A stretch of 64,000 bases of DNA, taken from contig OY759599.1 in assembly GCA_963662465.1 (NCBI GenBank), positions 1,376,001 to 1,440,000 on the forward strand. Direction: 5' to 3'. Positions 29,594 to 40,295 of the stretch are shown here, piece by piece. Numbering within the stretch: position 1 is the first letter of the stretch; each line of letters opens with the position of its first letter. The DNA comes from Desulfatiglandales bacterium (GTDB taxonomy: Bacteria > Desulfobacterota > DSM-4660 > Desulfatiglandales > Desulfatiglandaceae). Under the pieces are notes generated by a model. That model was not told the origin of the DNA and did not search any database. It saw only the letters and a list, made by a program, of their open reading frames with translations. A program made the translations under genes and the position numbers.

Positions 29594-29896
29594 GGCTACG
29601 GACACAAGCCGGGACAAAATGTTTGAACACGATTTAAAAGATTATAATGATGGACAGGATTGCAATTGGCGAACAAAATGGTGTAAAGGGGGGAAAGGAA
29701 CTTGTACGGATGCCGTCTCTTAATCCTGTCCATCTAAGAAATCCTGTTCATCGTGTTCAAGACAATGAGGATGCCCACAGTGCCTGATAACCCTTTGCCC
29801 GTTTTTGAAAACTATAAAAATCACGTTCCTACGTTCTGTGTGGGAATAGATTACAGTAAGGACCTGGTTAAGCTGTCCCGCTTTGTGTCCGTAGCC
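29594..29896. mobile_element. MITE-like family 2, copy 2
   Basis: GGCTACGGACACAAGCCGGGACA versus TGTCCCGCTTTGTGTCCGTAGCC (21/23 match). Confidence 0.8.
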
Positions 29897-29977
29897 CCGA
29901 CCGTATGCGTCAAAGAGATCATTTACGCTTGAACATAAGCGCAATAAACGGGCAGCATCTTTTTGAAAGGAAACCAG

Positions 29978-30921
29978 ATGATTATCAGTGCCAGCAGGCG
30001 GACCGATATCCCCGCCTTTTATGCGGAATGGTTTATGAACCGCATTCGGGAAGGGTACTGTACGGTTCCCAACCCATTCAATGCAATGCAAAGCAGGTGT
30101 TGCGCATATCCCTGAGGCCCCAGGATGTAGACGTCATTGTCTTCTGGACCCGATATGCCCGACCCCTCCTTCCCCATCTGGAAGAATTGGACAGGCGTGG
30201 ATTTCGATATTATTTTCTCTATACCCTGATGAACAATCCCAGAGCGCTGGATCCAAAATCACCCAACCATGAAAAATCCATGGAAACCTTTCGCGCACTG
30301 AGTGACCGGGTGGGTAAGGAAAAAGTCATATGGCGATATGACCCGATTGTCTTTAGCACCATCACGAATCCGGATTTCCATATGGAAACTTTCCAGCGCC
30401 TCGCCGAGAAATTGCATGGGCATACCCGAAGGTGCATCATCAGCTTTGTGGACATATATCGTAAGGCAACGGGACGACTTCGAGTACTGGAAAAAAAAGG
30501 CATTCGCATATATGAGCAGGAGGCTGAGGAACTTGATCGGCTCATTGAAACCCTAATCGCCACGGCTGCGGCAAACGGAATGGATCTCCGCACCTGTGCG
30601 GAAGAGCAGGGGGTCTGTTCCAAAAAGATACTGCCCGGAAAATGCATTGATGACAGCCTGATTCAGAAAATTTTCGGACTGGATGTTACACACCGGAAGG
30701 ACCCTTCCCAGCGCCCGGCCTGTGGCTGTGTCGCCAGCCGTGATATCGGGATGTACGATACCTGCCGATTCGGCTGTGTGTACTGCTATGCAACGGCCAG
30801 TTTTGAGAGGGCCAGGGAACGGTATCAACAGCATGATCCTACTTCTCCTTCATTGACAGGTCGCTTTGAAGTCACCACTTCACAAAAGAAAAAAACCAGT
30901 CAACGCAGTCTGTTTGAATAA
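29978..30921 (+). pseudogene. DUF1848 protein, frameshifted
   Basis: 5-bp duplication (CAATGCAATGCAAAG) near 30080 versus CAACGCAAAG in the intact copy. Confidence 0.88.
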
Positions 30922-30932
30922 GGTCGACGCAA

Positions 30933-31883
30933 ATGTCAGATGAAAAAACAGCAGTCTCCCCTGAGGTCCTTGAAACGCTGAAAACCATCATTGCACCCGG
31001 ACGAAGGGTTCGCATCAGTCCCTTTGTGGAAGCAGCACAGTTTCAGGTTCTTTTCGGTACACGGCCGGATTTTCATTTTCGGCGGAAAAGCGCTCGGCGG
31101 ATTCTGTCGGAAAAGGCTGAAAAAATAGAATCCATCGCCGCAAAATGGGCGACATTCACAGCGGATAGCAAACGATTCGGGTCTGAAGTTTACACCGAAT
31201 CTTTTCTTCAGTCTTACCTTGCCTATTATTTTACCGTGAATGTGGGGAAAATCCAGTTGGCCCTGCTTGAGATGGCGCCTTATGGTGTTTTTTCTCAAGA
31301 AATGGTTCTCGTGGATGTGGGTGTCGGTTGCGGCACTACTTTTGTGGCCGCATTGGACTTCTTAAGTGGATGGAGTCAGGCCTGCCGCTTTCATAACACC
31401 CGGCTGCCGGTCAAAGCCCTTCGCCTTCTGGGTATGGATGCAAACCCTGCCTGCCTTGACATGGGCAAAAGAGTTGTGGCCGTCTACGGTGATATTTTGG
31501 CAAAAGCTCCTTCTCACATGTTAAGCAAAGACGCAGGACCGGATGAACTAAAGAATATTGCGGGATGGGCGCTCAAAAGCGAATGGCAAATGGTGAATCT
31601 TAACCATCAAGCCCCGGAAATACCCGCGGATCGCACTGTCCTGTTTGGATCGAACCTGTTCAACGAGCTTCAAGCAACCGGAAAGCAGAACCTGGCCTGC
31701 TGTCTGAAAGTGCTTGGCCCAGAAAGTGCCGCGCTCGTGATCGAGCCTGGGGACGAGAAAAAGACTCAGAAGCGGAAATCCTTTTTAGAGGGCATCTTTA
31801 TGCAGAGAAAACAAAATACATTGAAAAAATTCTGTCAGCACTTTTTCGTTTTCGATCAACGGTCAAAGATGGCAGCAGTGTGA
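30933..31883 (+). CDS. Methyltransferase-like protein (Rsm22-like), probably the N-terminal part of a larger eroded gene
   Basis: YLAYYFTVN, LVDVGVGCGT and LVIEPG motifs. Confidence 0.55.
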   Translation: MSDEKTAVSPEVLETLKTIIAPGRRVRISPFVEAAQFQVLFGTRPDFHFRRKSARRILSEKAEKIESIAAKWATFTADSKRFGSEVYTESFLQSYLAYYFTVNVGKIQLALLEMAPYGVFSQEMVLVDVGVGCGTTFVAALDFLSGWSQACRFHNTRLPVKALRLLGMDANPACLDMGKRVVAVYGDILAKAPSHMLSKDAGPDELKNIAGWALKSEWQMVNLNHQAPEIPADRTVLFGSNLFNELQATGKQNLACCLKVLGPESAALVIEPGDEKKTQKRKSFLEGIFMQRKQNTLKKFCQHFFVFDQRSKMAAV

Positions 31884-32611
31884 GTTTTCTCGATGAATTC
31901 AGTGCCACGGGCGCCGTCATTATAAAGCCAAAGGTTTTGAATGCTCAGGCCATTGTCAATTCAAACGCATATTTCGGAAAACTGTTTCGTGACAGGGGCC
32001 TTGATGCACAAGCATTGCAAAACTGGATCGAAAACAGTGGTGAATCTGATTTCCTTGAATTCTGCGTATTTCTCGGTCTCAGTCCCAGCGAAACCCGGGG
32101 ACTCCTCGACGACATTCGAAATTTGGACGGAACCCTGAAAAACGGCCGGTGGAAACCTGCACTTCTGGGTTTTGGAAAAATTGCCGCACCCGGATATGGT
32201 CCCGCAAAGGGACTTCAAACCCTTTCACAATGGCGTGATTATGCCGGTGCAACAAGGCGTGCATTACTCCCCCAAGCCAAAGAGCGGGCAGCGGAAAATA
32301 ACCGTGATGCGCTCTCCATCGACGACTGGTTTTCCTGGGCCGAACTCCCGGAGGCCAAAGGCTGGGAAATTCTCCCCGGCCCGGCGCTGACCGATGAGAG
32401 CAGGTTTTCTGAATACCTGGAAGGATTTATGGCGGAGCACGATGCCAGAGAAAGAAACGACCGGGCGTCCTTTCAAAGACTCCTGACGGACTATATCGGG
32501 GTTTCAGAAGACGGTCGGTTGCGTGAAAAAAAGGAGCGCAGCTGCCTCAGAGCGGTGATGCTGGGTTATCTCAAGACCAATGAAGTCATCAGGAGGACTG
32601 GGAAGACGTGA
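31880..32611 (+). CDS. Hypothetical protein or fragment
   Basis: GTGA overlap with neighbours; 3' end joins the acidic-protein repeat. Confidence 0.4.
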   Translation: MSFLDEFSATGAVIIKPKVLNAQAIVNSNAYFGKLFRDRGLDAQALQNWIENSGESDFLEFCVFLGLSPSETRGLLDDIRNLDGTLKNGRWKPALLGFGKIAAPGYGPAKGLQTLSQWRDYAGATRRALLPQAKERAAENNRDALSIDDWFSWAELPEAKGWEILPGPALTDESRFSEYLEGFMAEHDARERNDRASFQRLLTDYIGVSEDGRLREKKERSCLRAVMLGYLKTNEVIRRTGKT

Positions 32612-32928
32612 TGGGCGGCCCTGATGATCGCTATTTCGAGCAAATGGATGATGGGGGTGATCCGGGGTATGAACCGCCGGAATATGAAGATGATGGTTAC
32701 TTGCCGCCCAAAGGAAATGACGGAGGAACTCAGGAGGACAGGCTCATGGTTTCGGGATATGTGGTGACCACGGCTTTAGACCGAAAAGGAACAGGAGATG
32801 TGATGATTTTCAGAAAAACGCCGGTGGTGGAAGCACCGTTTGTTTTTGATGAGCTGCCCGATGTTGCGGTTGCGCCGGAAGCGGAAGAATTGAACGCACC
32901 CGTTTCCGATGATGATATTCCCTTTTAG
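32608..32928 (+). pseudogene. Acidic protein, deleted derivative of 52758-53405
   Basis: Lacks 237 bp between two GAGGACA repeats and lacks the N-terminus. Confidence 0.75.
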
Positions 32929-32973
32929 AGGATCGAGATCCATGACTGCGCTCCTGATCCTTTTGCTGCCGTC

Positions 32974-34182
32974 CTATTTTACCAGAATCAGAGTGCTGAG
33001 CCCGAAATCTGGAATTCCAGCATTCTCCATGGTCTTTAAAAGATTAATGTGAAAAGTGTTTGCAGATGGCCGCATATAGGCCGGGTTCATGCAAGTGCCC
33101 TCTTTTTTTCTGCAATCGGCCGGCAGGCAAAAAGGACAGGGAATAGGGTAATGAAAAGCGAAAGCTAAATGGTCAGTTTCCTCTATAAATTTTTCTATTT
33201 TCAACAACTGCCTGGTTAGCGTTTTTTCATCACGTTTTGTAGGTGGTTTGCTGGAAGTGGTAACGATGACCGCGCAGTTGAAATTGGAAATGAATTCTCT
33301 ACCCTGTCGGTTTCTGTCGGCAATAATGACTTTTGTAAGAGGAATACGACAGCAGAAAATATTTCCTTGAGGGGATAGGGCGGTGGTATCCTCCGGCAAG
33401 TTGATTATATTTTTTCCACGGTTTTGATTTTGAATGCTTGGTTTGGAGCTTTTTGGAATACCAATGAAGTCCATCCCGTAAAAGAGGGGGACGTGATATT
33501 CCTGAATCAATTGCAGTATCATGAGTTTATTTATTGCCATGCCGCCTACACAGACTTGCGTGCGAACGTTTTTGGCAGACAACAGGTCCAAAAGTTCTCG
33601 TAAATTCGCAATGCAGGTATTGAGCATACATGAGATGCCCAGAAAATTGGGTTGATATTTTTCAATCGCATCAAGCCAGGCCCGCGGTTTGATTTTGGAT
33701 CCGAGGTTGAAAATAGTATGCCCCTGAGTCTGCCAAAATTGTTTGAGAAGCGTGGCGCCTAGATCCTGGCCTGCCGGCGCCATCACTCCAGATACAATGG
33801 TCAGAGGTTTAACAGGCGTCTCCGGTGGTAAGAAGGAAAAGCAGTATGTTAAGGCTTTGGAAAAGGCATAAATATCAGAGACCATAACTCTTTTATGTTT
33901 AGAGCCACTTTTTGCTAATCGAAAGCCATTATGGGAGAGCATGTATTGAAATTTAATCTCATCAAGGCATTCCATTAACAGGATTGAAATATCCCGGACT
34001 GTATATTTTGTAAGAAGTGCTTTGGCGAGCGCTGAGATGTTTTGTTTTGTCTCTTTTTCATCTATAATGGGCAGGCTGTAGGATCGTTGCTTGAATTGAA
34101 GGATGTGGCCGTGAACATCTTTTTTGAAAGAGATGGCGGACCAGATGGAAGTTGTCATCTTAGAGATGTTTGGCTTGTTCAT
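32974..34182 (-). CDS. Cobalamin-binding-domain protein with Cys-rich (DUF2284-like) C-terminus, copy 1
   Basis: GQDLG..GHTIFNLG..LGISCML..VGG pattern; C-terminal CPFCLPADC..CMNPAYMRPS. Confidence 0.7.
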   Translation of the reverse strand: MNKPNISKMTTSIWSAISFKKDVHGHILQFKQRSYSLPIIDEKETKQNISALAKALLTKYTVRDISILLMECLDEIKFQYMLSHNGFRLAKSGSKHKRVMVSDIYAFSKALTYCFSFLPPETPVKPLTIVSGVMAPAGQDLGATLLKQFWQTQGHTIFNLGSKIKPRAWLDAIEKYQPNFLGISCMLNTCIANLRELLDLLSAKNVRTQVCVGGMAINKLMILQLIQEYHVPLFYGMDFIGIPKSSKPSIQNQNRGKNIINLPEDTTALSPQGNIFCCRIPLTKVIIADRNRQGREFISNFNCAVIVTTSSKPPTKRDEKTLTRQLLKIEKFIEETDHLAFAFHYPIPCPFCLPADCRKKEGTCMNPAYMRPSANTFHINLLKTMENAGIPDFGLSTLILVK

Positions 34183-34426
34183 AGCTTTACGGCAAAAGCG
34201 GAAAATATGCTGATAGTCATTAATTTTAGAATTATAGTCAAGTCTGATGTTTGAGGCAATTCTAATTAAACGAAAGCAGGATAAGAAATAAGTCATTGAA
34301 AATTTTATAATGAGTGTGAAAGGGGTATTGGATAATTCCTGCTAATATCCACCTGTCCAAACCGCCTGCCTGGTTTGTGGCGTCACTGGAAAAACTTGAG
34401 AAAATGCGAAAAGACGAAAAAAACAC

Positions 34427-35005
34427 ATGACGAACTACTACGAAGAAAACTACCGCCGGTACCACCGGCAGACCTTCTCCATTGACCCCTCGTCTTTTTT
34501 GTCCCCTCTGGCGGAGGTGTTATGTTCAGGCAGTAAAATCCTCGATGTGGGCTGTGGGTCTGGGCGTGACATGTGCTGGTTCAAAGATCGGGGATTCCGA
34601 CCCACGGGGTTTGAGTTTTCCCACAGACTTGCGGTTTTGGCAAGAAAATACTCCGGATGTCCCGTTGTGGAAGGGGATTTCGAGACGTATGATTTTTCAG
34701 ATATGCAGGTGGACGCACTACTGCTGGTGGGGGCCTTGGTCCATGTGTCCCACGATCGGTTTTTGAGCGCGATTTTAAATGTTTTGCGGGCTCTCAGGCC
34801 CGGCGGGCATCTGCTGTTGACCCTGAAGGAAGGCGTTACTCAAAACGAACAGGTGGAAAATCGAATTTTCTATTTGTGGCGGGATGAAGATTTAAGAGAC
34901 ATATTTGATGGCCTGGATCTGGCGGTGAAGGATTTTTCGCGACAGGTATCCAAAATCCGGGAAACGGATGTGTGGCTGGGGTATGTATTACAGAGAACAG
35001 CGTAA
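34427..35005 (+). CDS. Class I SAM-dependent methyltransferase (paralog)
   Basis: ILDVGCGSGRD; full-length similarity to 19125-19712. Confidence 0.88.
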   Translation: MTNYYEENYRRYHRQTFSIDPSSFLSPLAEVLCSGSKILDVGCGSGRDMCWFKDRGFRPTGFEFSHRLAVLARKYSGCPVVEGDFETYDFSDMQVDALLLVGALVHVSHDRFLSAILNVLRALRPGGHLLLTLKEGVTQNEQVENRIFYLWRDEDLRDIFDGLDLAVKDFSRQVSKIRETDVWLGYVLQRTA

Positions 35006-35531
35006 AGGCCGGAATCAAAAAGAACCGGGCTGTCTACCTTTGGGGATTGGACATAGCGGAACGGGGGGCGGAGCCATGGGATGCGTTCCCACGCAGAGTG
35101 TTCTGATCCGAGGAAAGTGCGGGCACTGCCCGCACAATTTAAAATGATTCTGGAATTTTGAATGCACCTATATCTGAAAAGACTGTGGTGGGAAGAGACG
35201 TGTTATTTGTCATCAATGCTCAAGCACAGGGCGGGTGGAATGTAATACATGTCATGGTACTGGTCTTAGAACGTGAGGAACGGATCAAGGATGAGGAATA
35301 CGATGAATGGTATGGCCAGGTTCCAGGATACACATGGCGATGCCGCAGTAGGTCCACATAAACCAGGCCGGCAAATTGAATGCCGACGTACATCTGCTAC
35401 AAATGGAAATTGAGGTTATCCAAAACGTGTTGAATAAAAAGTGGAAATAGGAAAAAGATGCGTTAAAAGTCGTTTCTGCAATGGAGTACGAAAGGGCTGA
35501 TTAGCGGCAGCTAACAGAAATAACAAAGGAG

Positions 35532-35589
35532 TCACAACCAGGCTCTTGCAGCAGACCGCTACTCGCGACGGTTGAAGAGCATGTCATGG
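35532..35589 (+). other. Degenerate integron attC-like site
   Basis: CACAAC..GCTCTT(G)CAGC...GGTTGAAGAGC..GTCATGG; arms pair with one extrahelical base, R' box degenerate. Confidence 0.55.
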
Positions 35590-35600
35590 CACTGTGAAAT

Positions 35601-35852
35601 ATGGAGTCTAAAATGGAAGAAATACAACTTGTAGATTTAAAAAAGAATTTAAACAGCATTATAAATTCTGTGTGTCGCTTGGATAAATCAGTACTTATAA
35701 CTGATAAAGAAAAGCTTCTGGTAAAAATTATTCCGGTCTCTTCTCACGATAAAAATTCTTGGTTAGGATGTATGAGCAGCAGAGGAAAGATTGTCGGTGA
35801 TGTTGTATCTCCGGCTGAAGATTCCGATGTTTGGGAGGTTTTGTCAGAATGA
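35601..35852 (+). CDS. Phd/YefM-family antitoxin
   Basis: LKKNLNSII..VLITDK..LVKIIP; ATGA overlap with PIN gene. Confidence 0.75.
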   Translation: MESKMEEIQLVDLKKNLNSIINSVCRLDKSVLITDKEKLLVKIIPVSSHDKNSWLGCMSSRGKIVGDVVSPAEDSDVWEVLSE

Positions 35853-36235
35853 AATTACTGCTGGATACTCACATATGGCTATGGAGTTTGCTTGAACCGG
35901 ACAGGCTTGGAAAAGATATGACCGAGGCTCTTGAAAACAAGGAAAACGAACTTTTCATTTCTCCAATTACGATATGGGAAACCATGATTCTTGCTGAAAA
36001 AGGAAGAATCGTACTTGATTTGTCTCCGAAGGATTGGATAAAGGAAGCACTTGAACAAAGTCCGGTGAAAGAAGCAAAATTGTCACATGAGATTGCTGTT
36101 AGAAGCAGACTGATTGAGCTTCCACATAAAGATCCTGCTGACCGCTTTATAGCAGCAACTGCATGGGAATACGATTTGAGACTGATGACAGTGGATGAAA
36201 AGATAAAAAAGGCTGAACAGATAATGATTTTTTAA
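35849..36235 (+). CDS. vapC: PIN-domain VapC toxin
   Basis: LLLDTHIWLW, SPITIWE and HKDPADRFIAATA. Confidence 0.9.
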   Translation: MKLLLDTHIWLWSLLEPDRLGKDMTEALENKENELFISPITIWETMILAEKGRIVLDLSPKDWIKEALEQSPVKEAKLSHEIAVRSRLIELPHKDPADRFIAATAWEYDLRLMTVDEKIKKAEQIMIF

Positions 36236-36243
36236 ATTAAAAC

Positions 36244-38205
36244 GTATCCTATTCAACCCCCCCCACACAGGATTCGAAAAATTAGGATGCAACCTTGAAG
36301 TGAAGTAACAAACAGCGGCATAATCCTACAGCATCATACGGCCGAGAGCAATATGATTGCTGCGAAGGATGGGGTGTGAAATTCTTGTTTTAATGATTTG
36401 GTGAAGGGAACAGTTACCCGGGCTGTAGCTTCGCTCTTTCAATAATCAGATCAGATAGCGCCGGCATACTGAACTTTTTGGAAACCCTGTCGCTAATGTA
36501 TTCGAAAGCGTTGACCCCCAATTTCTTGGCGGTTTGGACAATGGTGAGAAAGGCATCTTTCGCTGTTGTTCCTGCCTCGGATATCGTATGTAGGCTGACA
36601 TCCTGCCTACGTTTTTCAACTCTTGCCCCCAACTCTGAATCATTGTTATGCAGTGGCAACCCGGGGTATTTCAAGACCAACAAGAGTTCGTCTTTTTTGT
36701 TCCTGGTTTTTTCTATACGATCGTTTAGAGCGTCATAAATCGTTTTGGTGGAGAATAGCTCGTCGAATTCGATGGATAACTTTGCCGCTGTTTCAGGACT
36801 TGGATTCTGTTTGTATTTCAGAAGATCACCATAGAAATCCCAGAAACATGTCTTGAAATCCTTGAGAGCATCAACACTGCATGGTACGACCGGATCCAAA
36901 CGATTGTAGTGACGACCCTCATGAATCCAGCAAAGGGCCAGCTCCTCAACAATCTTCTTAAATTGAGGCGCATCATCGGCTAGCAAAATGTCTACAATCG
37001 GAACATCTGTTTGGCGATGATAGGAGGCTATGGCAGCGGCTTCCATGATTCTGGCCTTTGTGTTTTTTCCTTTTCCTTTTTTAAAGACCTTTTGCAGCAA
37101 CAGTTGCATTTCCGCTTCACATTCCTTGTCTTCGGTCAAATCCCGAAGCTGATCGGTCACTTTCTTTGAAACCTTGAAATCCACCATTAAACAAAATGCC
37201 TTCTGATCAAAACGGTATGTTCTTTCCCTGCCACACAGCAACAAATCAAGTATCGTGAGACGATCTTTGCGCGGGACGGTGAAAAAGGCTGTATAATATG
37301 GATTACAGAAAATCTGTGAATAGTAGTTTTTGCCGTTAACCCTTACCGTGGTATCGTCGATTTGGTGATAAGGCGTATGTTCCAGTGCAGCGAGGAAGAT
37401 GTCTTTTTTCTCCTGGTTGAACCCGGTTTCATCATTGGTAAGGATTCGCGAAATAGTCGATTGTGAAATGTCTATGCCACAGTTTTCAAGCAACTCCCGA
37501 ATTTTTGGCTGAGACATGTTTGCTACATATTTCAGCGTACAAACCAGTGATCGTATCCCGGGACCGAACTCACCAACTATTCCGGTGGGTAATTCTCCTA
37601 CGTAAACGCGGTTCTCGGAAGGTGAATAAAAGATCTCTTTTCTATATTCGACGTTGTCTGTTGTGATCAGGATTTCCTGCACAAGGATAGGTTCATAGCC
37701 TCTATATTCGGCATCAGCGGGCAATATGGAGGGATCGACTTTACATATTTCGGTTCGATCGATTGGGATGTTTTTCTTCTTGCTTTTCGGCTTTTCCTCT
37801 TTTCCTTCTCGTTGCTTTCTGTCCTTTTCCGAGGAAATGTTTTTGCCTTTGCCGCTTCCTTTTTTGCCGGGAATTTTCGGCTTGCCCTGTTCTCCTTTCA
37901 GTCTGTTGTTTTCATCGCGAAGTTTTTGGATTTCAATCTTTAACTTTTCGTTTTCTTCGCTCAATCTTTCGACAAGATTTATCAAAATGGGAAGAGCTTC
38001 GGAGTGTGGTTCCTGGAGGGAACTGCCTACTCGAAAATCAATATTATGAAGTATTTCCTTTATCTCTTGGCGGCTCATATTTTGAGCATAGCATTATCCT
38101 TATCGGTTTGTCCTTTAAAAAATGCATCTTTTTCATTTTTTTTCCCCTACCTTTCTAAACCTTCTCGCACTGAATCCACGGGAGGGGGGGGCTTGAATAG
38201 GATAC
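36244..38205 (-). mobile_element. IS66-like single-ORF element, 1962 bp
   Basis: Terminal IR GTATCCTATTCAA followed by C-runs; no target duplication visible. Confidence 0.88.
36414..38078 (-). CDS. IS66-family transposase
   Basis: Coiled-coil N-terminus, IDDTT, LCWIHEGRH, PLHNNDSE and TAKKLGVNAFEYI. Confidence 0.88.
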   Translation of the reverse strand: MSRQEIKEILHNIDFRVGSSLQEPHSEALPILINLVERLSEENEKLKIEIQKLRDENNRLKGEQGKPKIPGKKGSGKGKNISSEKDRKQREGKEEKPKSKKKNIPIDRTEICKVDPSILPADAEYRGYEPILVQEILITTDNVEYRKEIFYSPSENRVYVGELPTGIVGEFGPGIRSLVCTLKYVANMSQPKIRELLENCGIDISQSTISRILTNDETGFNQEKKDIFLAALEHTPYHQIDDTTVRVNGKNYYSQIFCNPYYTAFFTVPRKDRLTILDLLLCGRERTYRFDQKAFCLMVDFKVSKKVTDQLRDLTEDKECEAEMQLLLQKVFKKGKGKNTKARIMEAAAIASYHRQTDVPIVDILLADDAPQFKKIVEELALCWIHEGRHYNRLDPVVPCSVDALKDFKTCFWDFYGDLLKYKQNPSPETAAKLSIEFDELFSTKTIYDALNDRIEKTRNKKDELLLVLKYPGLPLHNNDSELGARVEKRRQDVSLHTISEAGTTAKDAFLTIVQTAKKLGVNAFEYISDRVSKKFSMPALSDLIIERAKLQPG

Positions 38206-38510
38206 TGAAAAATGATGTTGTTAAGCGGTAAATAATATACAGCTCCATCCTTTGACTATATTATTACGCCTCATAAAAGTGAATAGGGAGGCGTTATGGA
38301 GCAATTTGAAACACGGTTCAAACGAGTTGATGTATTCCCAATGGTCAAACATTTTATTAGGGTGGTTTTTTGGATTAACTAATTGATTAAATTTAGTTTT
38401 TCCTGGTCCGACCCCAGACCAACCAACAGATTATTTCGTATTGACAAAGGCACCATTGTGACGTACATTTATGCCGCGTGTTGATAAAAAAAACTCAGGG
38501 AAACTTTACC

Positions 38511-38797
38511 ATGGATGCAGCAACTCAAAATAGAAACGAGCGGATCAACCTCCGTGTGAAAAGCAGCGCAAAGCGCCTCTTAACGCGTGCAGCCGATTTT
38601 GAGGCAAGACCGTCAGTCATTTTATACTGACCAGTGCCTTGAAGTGTGCAGAGGAAACCGTCCAAGAGCATCAGATGATGACGTTGAATACAGAAAATTC
38701 AAGGGCCTTTTTCGATGCGCTGGCCGCTCCGGTGCGTTTTAATCGCAAATTGATCACAGCTCTTGAAGAATATGATAAGCGCGTCATCAGCAAATGA
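38511..38797 (+). pseudogene. DUF1778 antitoxin, frameshifted copy
   Basis: GAGGCAAG near 38603 versus GAGGGCAAG in copy 1. Confidence 0.85.
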
Positions 38798-39336
38798 CGA
38801 ATTTCCGGAATCTGGTCATAGCACCGCTGAACGCCGCTCATGACAGAGTCGATTTCCGCTGTAATGTAGAAGCATTGGATCAGTATATTCATAAGCAGGC
38901 AGGGCAGGATATCAGACGCCGCATCAGTCGTATTTTTGTTGCAGCGCTGCCGGACAACCCCAAAGAGGTAATGGGTTATTACAGCCTGAGCACATTATCC
39001 ATTGAACTGAGGCAATTGCCGGAAAAGCTGGCCAGGAAGTTGCCGAAGCATCCAGTTCCCGCTGCTCTGATTGGCAGACTGGCAGTCAGTAAAAATGCCC
39101 AGGGATTTGGCATCGGCAAAATGCTGCTGGTAGATGCTATTCAGCGAACCCTGTCGGTCAGTGACCAGATCGCCATCTATGCCATTGTTGTTGATGCCAT
39201 TAACGACAACGCCAAAGGCTTTTATGAGCAATTCGGGTTTGCCCGCTTAAGCGATGACAGTCCAAGACTGTTTCTGCCTTTAAAATCTTTTGTAAACAAC
39301 CCAGTACCCATTAACCCAATACCCAGTGCCTATTAA
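38794..39336 (+). CDS. GNAT acetyltransferase toxin, copy 2
   Basis: Two amino-acid differences from 25921-26463. Confidence 0.9.
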   Translation: MTNFRNLVIAPLNAAHDRVDFRCNVEALDQYIHKQAGQDIRRRISRIFVAALPDNPKEVMGYYSLSTLSIELRQLPEKLARKLPKHPVPAALIGRLAVSKNAQGFGIGKMLLVDAIQRTLSVSDQIAIYAIVVDAINDNAKGFYEQFGFARLSDDSPRLFLPLKSFVNNPVPINPIPSAY

Positions 39337-39436
39337 CACGTCCTTCAGATCACACCGATTGCCCAGAATTCAGCATCCAGCATTCAGAAAAAGCTATTTA
39401 TTTTTTTATGGATGTCCCCTATTGCGTTGTAAATGG

Positions 39437-39839
39437 GGCTACGGCCACAAGCCGGGACAAAATGTTTGAACACGATTTAAAAGATTATAATGATGGACAG
39501 GATTACCATTGGCCGATAAAATGCAAACAAAATGGTGTAAAGGGGGGAAGGAACTTGTTTGGACGCTGTCTTTTAATCCTGTCCATCTAAGAAATCCTGT
39601 TCATCGTGTTCAAAACAATGAGGATGCCCACAGTGACTGATAACCCTAAAATCAAGGTTCAAACGAATGAGAAACTGTCCCGCCTTACGTCGGTAGCCGA
39701 TTATAAGTTAATACATCATTCATTGCATGATATTGAGCAGACATACCACGCAAAACTCGTATGGAGTAGCACAGAAGGCTGCCAATTGTAGGGAAAGAAC
39801 CGAAGGCCTTTTGGAAATTTATAATCTGACGAACGTCCC
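39437..39839. mobile_element. MITE family 2 copy 3 (39437-39698) plus clipped MITE family 1 (39699-39839)
   Basis: Same arrangement as 26571-26973. Confidence 0.8.
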
Positions 39840-40295
39840 TGCCCCCCCTGCAAAGTTATTGAGATTGTCCGGTTTTAGCGTACTTGAATCTGGGTAAAAG
39901 GAAAGCGAGAGGAAATCCCTGAAAGGTTACCATGGATGCGATAAAATCAGAATTTCAGTTTGTCAAAGTGACCGGTGGTATTAATCCTCAGCGAACTGAT
40001 TGAGAAAAAAATCCGATTCCCCAACGCTGAGGACATGGTCAGTTCAATTGACATCATCACCGACTATTACGATGTGTCGGATGAACTGCTTCATGAAAAT
40101 TCCGAATTCAAATCGTACCTGAAAGAACTAAGTACGGTAAAGGGTGATTTCAGGGAAGAAAGAATCCGAAAATTCTCCTCAGCCTTTGAACAGGCCGGGG
40201 TTTAGTTTGGGCAATGGAGACATTATGTTGAGAGGAAAAATGTCGAGAATCGGAATGAATAATCCGGTAAATGAAGTCTGAAAAGGACGGTCGCG

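Larger units (their letters stand above)
29905..34280 (+). repeat. Segmental duplication B, copy 1 (shared blocks about 29905-31025 and 32590-34280)
   Basis: High identity to about 51499-52614 and 52829-54758. Confidence 0.88.
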
